A program made the translations under genes and the position numbers. Below, piece after piece: positions 59,438-64,000 of a DNA stretch of 64,000 nt. Source of the DNA: Bacillota bacterium (GTDB lineage: Bacteria; Bacillota; SHA-98; UBA4971); the NCBI GenBank assembly GCA_030024085.1, contig JASEJE010000010.1:24132-88131 (forward strand), in the 5' to 3' direction. Every line of letters begins with the position of its first letter. Within the stretch, counting starts at the first letter, position 1. Under the pieces are notes generated by a model. The model saw nothing but the letters and a program-made list of their open reading frames with translations, was not told the origin of the DNA and did no database searches.

Positions 59438-59596
59438 TCAGCGCAGAGCTATGACGACCCGTTTCTGCTGTTGTGGGCGTAGCTTGATGAGGCCGAGCTC
59501 CGCTTTCACGATGGTGTCCACAGGTATGCCCGTCCTGAGGGAAAGCTCCTTCGCGCTTATCCCCGCCTTTTCGCGTAGCTTCAGCAGGGGAGTCAT
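59438..59596 (-). CDS. Small XRE/Cro-like helix-turn-helix protein (52 aa, below the ORF-track cutoff)
   Basis: RBS AGGAAGGTGGTGG, then MTPLLKLREKAGISAKELSLRTGIPVDTIVKAELGLIKLRPQQQKRVVIALR*. The LR...G.S..EL...GI...TI...E.G pattern fits XRE HTH domains. Confidence 0.75.
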   Translation of the reverse strand: MTPLLKLREKAGISAKELSLRTGIPVDTIVKAELGLIKLRPQQQKRVVIALR

Positions 59597-59755
59597 AATA
59601 CCACCACCTTCCTACGATAGTTGCCATTACCAGTATAGGCAGGCTCTTCATAACATATGCACGGGGTGCCGGGACAATGCCTGGCGCCGGAGTTGCCGTC
59701 CTGAAAGCCGGACCGGCAGTCCGGAGGATGTTCTCGAAAAAGTCCGGCGGCAGAC

Positions 59756-59819
59756 TTGACAGAGAACCCGGCGGGCTATAGAATAACTCCAAATACGAGC
59801 TATGTTAGGAAACCTCACA
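59756..59819 (+). promoter_or_regulatory. sigA promoter and GlnR/TnrA box of glnRA
   Basis: TTGACA-N17-TAGAAT (59756-59784); TGTTA-GGAAACC-TCACA (59803-59819) fits TGTNA-N7-TNACA. Confidence 0.85.
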
Positions 59820-59845
59820 TGACCCCACGAGCGACAGACGCGCGG

Positions 59846-59973
59846 GCGGATGAGCGATTTGAGCGGATGAGCGATTTGAGCGGATGAGCGGTTTGAGCGA
59901 ACGGCGATTGCGTGAACGGGCGCGCAGCCTGGCCAGGCGGCGCCGCCAGCTGCCAGCTGCCAGCTGCCAGCTG
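59846..59973 (+). repeat. Tandem repeats in the glnR leader
   Basis: GCGGATGAGCGRTTTGA x3 (59846-59896) and GCCAGCT x4 (about 59945-59972). Confidence 0.8.
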
Positions 59974-60026
59974 CGAGCAGTGCGGAGAGCGGTGTGCCCA
60001 GTGACGCGGCGAAGGGGTGATGAGAA

Positions 60027-60434
60027 ATGGACGTCCCACGGGACGCGCCGGTCTATACCATTGGCGCGGTGCGGCGCCTCACCGGCCTGACAGATCGTCA
60101 GATCCGCTACTACGACGAAACGGGTCTCGTTGTGCCGGCGCGCACCCCCGGCAACCAGCGCCTGTATTCAGAGGCTGATGTGGGCGCTTTGAGAGAGATC
60201 AAGCACCTTCTGGCGGAAGGGCGGCGGATCGACGAGGTGAGGGCCATACTGGCTCTTCGGAGTCGAGCGCGAGCGGCGAGCCGCGAGGACCTCATGAAAT
60301 CTAGCGATGCCGGGATGCGCTTTGGCGAGGCGGCCGCGCTCAGATCCATCTACCCGCTGGCAAACCGTCCCGAGCTCCTGCGGGCCATAGACACCCGCAG
60401 AAATCACACCCCCGGGACAAGAAATGAGAAATGA
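60027..60434 (+). CDS. glnR: MerR-family nitrogen regulator GlnR
   Basis: PVYTIG.V..LTGLT.RQIRYY...GLV.P.RT.GNQRLYS; lies upstream of glnA with a GlnR box. Confidence 0.88.
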   Translation: MDVPRDAPVYTIGAVRRLTGLTDRQIRYYDETGLVVPARTPGNQRLYSEADVGALREIKHLLAEGRRIDEVRAILALRSRARAASREDLMKSSDAGMRFGEAAALRSIYPLANRPELLRAIDTRRNHTPGTRNEK

Positions 60435-60446
60435 GGAGGAAGCGAA

Positions 60447-61778
60447 ATGCCGAGTCTCACGAAAGAAGACGTGCTGAAAAAGGCGGAAGAACTCAGGGTC
60501 AGATTCGTCCAACTGCAGTTCACTGACATCCTCGGCGTCATCAAGAACGTGGCCATCCCTGTGGAGCAGCTCGAAAGGGCGCTCGACAACGAGATCATGT
60601 TCGATGGGTCGTCCATCGAGGGGTTCGTGCGAATCGAGGAGTCCGACATGTACCTGCATCCGGATCCGGCGACGTTTGCGATCTTCCCGTGGAACGGCGA
60701 CGATGCGGTGACCGCCCGGCTCATCTGTGACATCTACAACCCCGACGGGACGCCGTTCGAGGGCTGTCCCAGGCATACGCTGAAGAAGGTCCTGGCCGAG
60801 GCGGAGAGCATGGGCTTCACGTTCGTTGCAGGCCCCGAGCCTGAGTTCTTCCTGTTCACCAGGGACGACGCCGGCAAGCCGACGACCAGGACTCACGACC
60901 AGGCCAGCTACTTCGACCTCGCTCCACTCGACCGGGGCGAGCGCGCGCGCCAGGACATGGTGGTCATGCTTCAGAAAATGGGGTTCGAGATCGAGGCGTC
61001 GCATCATGAGGTCGCGCCGGGGCAGCACGAGATAGACTTCAAGTATACGTACGGCCTCACAACGGCCGATAACGTCGCCACGTTCCGCTTCGTGGTGCGC
61101 ACAGTGGCTCTCGCTCACAACCTCCACGCGACATTCATGCCGAAGCCGGTGTTCGGCATCAACGGCTCGGGCATGCACACGCATCAGTCGTTGTTCAAGG
61201 GCGATGATAACGCGTTCTACGATCCTGACGCGCCGAACGGGCTCTCGGAAGTCGCGCTGCACTATATCGGGGGCCTCATGAAGCACGCCCCAGGCTTTAC
61301 CGCCATTACGAACCCCCTCATAAACTCCTATAAGAGGCTGGTGCCGGGGTACGAGGCTCCGGTATACATCGCCTGGTCGGAGAGGAACAGGAGCCCGCTC
61401 ATCCGGGTTCCGGCGGCGCGCGGAAAACATACCAGAATCGAACTTCGGAGCCCCGACCCGTCGTGCAACCCCTATCTAGCCCTGGCGGTGACATTGAAGG
61501 CCGGCCTCGACGGGATCAGGAACGAGATTGTCCCGCCAGACCCGGTGAATCTGAATGTCTACGGGCTGTCAGGGGCCGAGCGCGAGGAGATGGGCATAAG
61601 GAGCCTGCCGGGCAGCATCGTGGAGGCCATCGAGCGCCTCAAGGCCGACGAGGTTATCGCGGGCACCCTGGGACCGCATATCGTGAACAGGTTCGTGGAG
61701 GCGAAGGAGATCGAGTGGGACATCTACAGGACGCAGGTCCACGCGTGGGAGATCGAGCAGTACTTGAACGTCTTCTGA
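60447..61778 (+). CDS. glnA: Glutamine synthetase type I
   Basis: [70 protein letters not shown]. Confidence 0.98.
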   Translation: MPSLTKEDVLKKAEELRVRFVQLQFTDILGVIKNVAIPVEQLERALDNEIMFDGSSIEGFVRIEESDMYLHPDPATFAIFPWNGDDAVTARLICDIYNPDGTPFEGCPRHTLKKVLAEAESMGFTFVAGPEPEFFLFTRDDAGKPTTRTHDQASYFDLAPLDRGERARQDMVVMLQKMGFEIEASHHEVAPGQHEIDFKYTYGLTTADNVATFRFVVRTVALAHNLHATFMPKPVFGINGSGMHTHQSLFKGDDNAFYDPDAPNGLSEVALHYIGGLMKHAPGFTAITNPLINSYKRLVPGYEAPVYIAWSERNRSPLIRVPAARGKHTRIELRSPDPSCNPYLALAVTLKAGLDGIRNEIVPPDPVNLNVYGLSGAEREEMGIRSLPGSIVEAIERLKADEVIAGTLGPHIVNRFVEAKEIEWDIYRTQVHAWEIEQYLNVF

Positions 61779-61780
61779 TC

Positions 61781-61965
61781 CTGAGTATGGCGGCGTAAGT
61801 CTGCGCCACTTTTCCTGATGGTGTTGGGGTTGCCGGTGATTGCACGAGGGGTGTCAAAATCCGCGTACTTGCCCGACGGGCCGGATTCTGGCGAAGCGCG
61901 CCCCGCCTGGGGCGCCGTCCCCGAGTGGCAACACCGGCAACCCAACAGCCGCTGGAAAACTGGCA
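61781..61965 (+). mobile_element. MITE-like element (type-1 left end plus core)
   Basis: CTGAGTATGGCGGCGTAAGTCTGCGCCACTTTTCCTGATGGTGTTGGGGTTGCCGGTG...GCAACACCGGCAACCC. Confidence 0.72.
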
Positions 61966-61978
61966 GGAACTAACGGAC

Positions 61979-62086
61979 GAGACTGTTGATTTACTCCACT
62001 TTATGGCAACGCAGCTCGGTGGAATCCCGGAAAACGGTCGCTGCCCACGGCCAAACTGGTAGCTACTGGGGAAAATCAACGGTCTC
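61979..62086. mobile_element. 108-bp inverted-repeat-bounded element of a second family
   Basis: GAGACTGTTGATTT ... AAATCAACGGTCTC; related copy in the opposite orientation at about 33331-33435. Confidence 0.55.
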
Positions 62087-62248
62087 ACGGACTTTCACTT
62101 AGTTCATGATCACCATGATCACCCCGGCACCGCCAGAGCCCAGGGCCGTCGGTTCGCAGCCAGCCCGCATGCGGGAGTGGCTGGGTCCCCGCCACCTGTT
62201 TCGGCTCCGGTCGTTTCACATCTGCCTGCGTGCGACCGCGGCCCGCCG

Positions 62249-62710
62249 CTACGAGCCGGCCGAAGGTTGGGGTTCCGGAGCCCCCACCACCTGGGTGTTG
62301 GCCCACTTGTCGCCGAGTCGGCGGCCGGCGGGGTCGGTGAACACCAGTACGACTTCGATGATGCCGATTATGCCCCCGACTATCGGGCTCAGCACCCATC
62401 CCGCAAGGGGTATCGCAGCCAGAAGAGAGCCGATGGAGAGGGTGGCGTTGCGCTTTATCGAAACGGTCATGTCAACGTCTCCGCCCCCCAGGTTGACCAC
62501 CTGCAGGCTCATCAGCTTCTTACCGATGCTCCTGTTCTTCCATTGCGCGTCCTTTGTCAACTGAAACATGAGCGCATCTTTCGTGAGGGTATACGCAGCC
62601 CCCAGCAAACCGCCAAGGATTGGAATCAGAATCGTAAGGATCCCTGCAATGACGCCGTCGATAAGCGCGGCCACAAATCGCTTTCCAAGGTCAGCTTTCG
62701 GGTAGTTCAA
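62249..62710 (-). CDS. RDD-family membrane protein
   Basis: GGAGG RBS with TTG start; A.LGKRFVAALID, RSIGKKLM.L.VV, KRN, RRLGDKWANTQVV. Confidence 0.85.
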   Translation of the reverse strand: MNYPKADLGKRFVAALIDGVIAGILTILIPILGGLLGAAYTLTKDALMFQLTKDAQWKNRSIGKKLMSLQVVNLGGGDVDMTVSIKRNATLSIGSLLAAIPLAGWVLSPIVGGIIGIIEVVLVFTDPAGRRLGDKWANTQVVGAPEPQPSAGS

Positions 62711-63304
62711 GACATCACCTCCTTCCATCCCCTGATACCAAATATACGCTATCATTTGAGTTTTTCCTCCACTGCTGTTGGATTCCAGGGCTGTGAACGC
62801 ACAAGCGGGTGCGGTCGGCCTCCGTTAGCTGGAGTCCGCAGGTACGCTGAATGCCCGGCTCCCGGCTCCTGGCTCCCGGCCCTCCCGGGGCCCGGCTCCC
62901 GGGGCCGGGGGCCCGTACTCTTGTCGCACGGCTGGTGGACCGGGGACACACAGAATGGTTTTTCCTCGACCAGCGCCTCGGCGACCCCGTCAACTGCCAG
63001 GCCTTGCTCCCCAGCGAGCATACCGGCACCCACTGTGACGCTCCTGGACACATCCTGTCCTGAGGGACCGCGGTCGGCGGCCTGCCCTCTCTTGTGGGGC
63101 AGGCGGCATCTCTTCTAGTGTGTGTATACTCTGTCCAAAACGGGCATATTATGGCAGAGAAAACTGCGTGCGGCCCGGGAGGAACCACGACACATGTGAC
63201 GAAGTGACGACACTACGCGCCTTCCTGGGGAGGCATTCGACCTGCGAGGGGGCGCTTTTGTGTGGGGCAGGCCCCCGCGCGAGCATTCGGAGGTGGTTGG
63301 CGAG

Positions 63305-64000
63305 ATGTTGTTTTCGAGGAGTCCACGGTTGCGAGCGCACCGTGCACGTGTGCTTTTCATGGCGGGCCTCGTGGCGGCGCTGGCGGCGATGATCGGGCTG
63401 CCGGGATCTCTACAGGCGGCCGCGCCCGAGATGAAGGCGCGTTCGGCCGTGCTCATGAGTGCCGAGACGGGTCAGGTCCTGTATGAGAAAGAGCCTGACA
63501 TGCGCGTGGCGCCTGCGAGCATAACCAAGGTCATGACGATGCTCCTCGCCATGGAGGCTGTGGACTCGAAGAAAGTCAGCCTTGATGACACGGTGACAAC
63601 GAGCACCGAGGCGAGCCAGATCGGCGGTTCACAGATCTGGCTTGCGGAGGGCGAGCAAATGAAGCTCGGCGACATGATGAAGGCCATTGCCATCGTCTCG
63701 GCGAACGACGCGGCATACGCGGTTTCCGAGTTCGTCGCCGGGAGCGCCGAGGACTTCGTGAACCAGATGAACGAGAAGGCCAGGGAGCTGGGGATGAACA
63801 ACACGCACTTCGAGAACCCCGACGGACTCCCGGCCCCGGACCACTACAGCACAGCCCGCGACATCGCCATCATGTCCCGCGAGCTGGTCACGAAGCATCC
63901 GAAGGTGCTCGAGTGGACGAGCGTCTGGACAGACACGCTCGAGCGGAAGGGTCCGAGGGTGCGGCAGGAGGAGTCCTTTCTCAGGAATACAAACGAGCTG
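63305..64000 (+). CDS. dacF: D-alanyl-D-alanine carboxypeptidase (peptidase S11, DacF-like), runs off the window edge
   Basis: Manual translation: signal peptide, SAVLM..ETGQVLYE, PASITKVMT (SxxK), GGSQIWL, VSANDA (SxN), FV..MNEKA.ELGM.NTHF.NPDGL. Confidence 0.88.
   Translation, partial: MLFSRSPRLRAHRARVLFMAGLVAALAAMIGLPGSLQAAAPEMKARSAVLMSAETGQVLYEKEPDMRVAPASITKVMTMLLAMEAVDSKKVSLDDTVTTSTEASQIGGSQIWLAEGEQMKLGDMMKAIAIVSANDAAYAVSEFVAGSAEDFVNQMNEKARELGMNNTHFENPDGLPAPDHYSTARDIAIMSRELVTKHPKVLEWTSVWTDTLERKGPRVRQEESFLRNTNEL

Noticed and set aside
58867-59454. Short ORFs overlapping the array as repeat proteins
   Set aside because: The 31-bp steps shift the frame every third unit and there is no RBS; these are by-products of the DNA repeat.
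62850-62915. CCGGCTC-type heptamer repeats upstream of the RDD gene
   Set aside because: Simple slippage repeats like others in this genome's intergenic DNA; no further structure supported.
63124-63151. sigG/sigF promoter for dacF (GTATA-N16-CATATTA)
   Set aside because: Plausible, but the spacer is shorter than consensus, so it was not called.
1-64000. tRNA, rRNA, integrase, transposase or prophage genes
   Set aside because: None recognised anywhere in the window.

Overview
GC-rich chromosomal window from a spore-forming Bacillota (Firmicutes) genome, judging by SASP genes, dacF, glnRA and sigA/sigH/sigG-type promoters. In order: (1) a minus-strand shikimate/aromatic operon (aroH-aroF-tyrA-aroA-aroE-aroC-aroK/aroB fusion) behind a ~600-nt leader with a terminator, downstream of a HutP-family gene; (2) a lower-GC polyol/sugar catabolic operon (3 Zn dehydrogenases including an EltD-like one, Rbs-type ABC transporter, epimerase, GlpK-like kinase, 2 SorC regulators); (3) a sugar-phosphate-utilisation (SPU)-type bacterial microcompartment operon (SorC regulator, AldDH, PduL, PduT, PduS, RpiB, extended DeoC, 2 BMC-H, 3 BMC-P). 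Operons 2 and 3 share the same sigH-like promoter plus tandem palindromic operator layout. Then: (4) a LacI / ureidoglycolate-lyase-like / ABC / ribokinase operon; (5) SASPs, chromate transporters, IorAB, a PHP phosphatase, a truncated CoA-disulfide reductase, a TreT-ABC operon, an amidase-domain gene, EamA, glnRA, an RDD gene and dacF. The most unusual non-coding feature is a 15-unit array at 58924-59361 of two mostly alternating 14-16 bp motifs with an exact 30/30/31-bp spacing cycle, next to a 52-aa XRE-like HTH gene missing from the ORF track. A dispersed ~200-bp MITE-like family has seven full or partial copies and two different sets of termini. All functional calls come from motif recognition by eye; no database searches were run.
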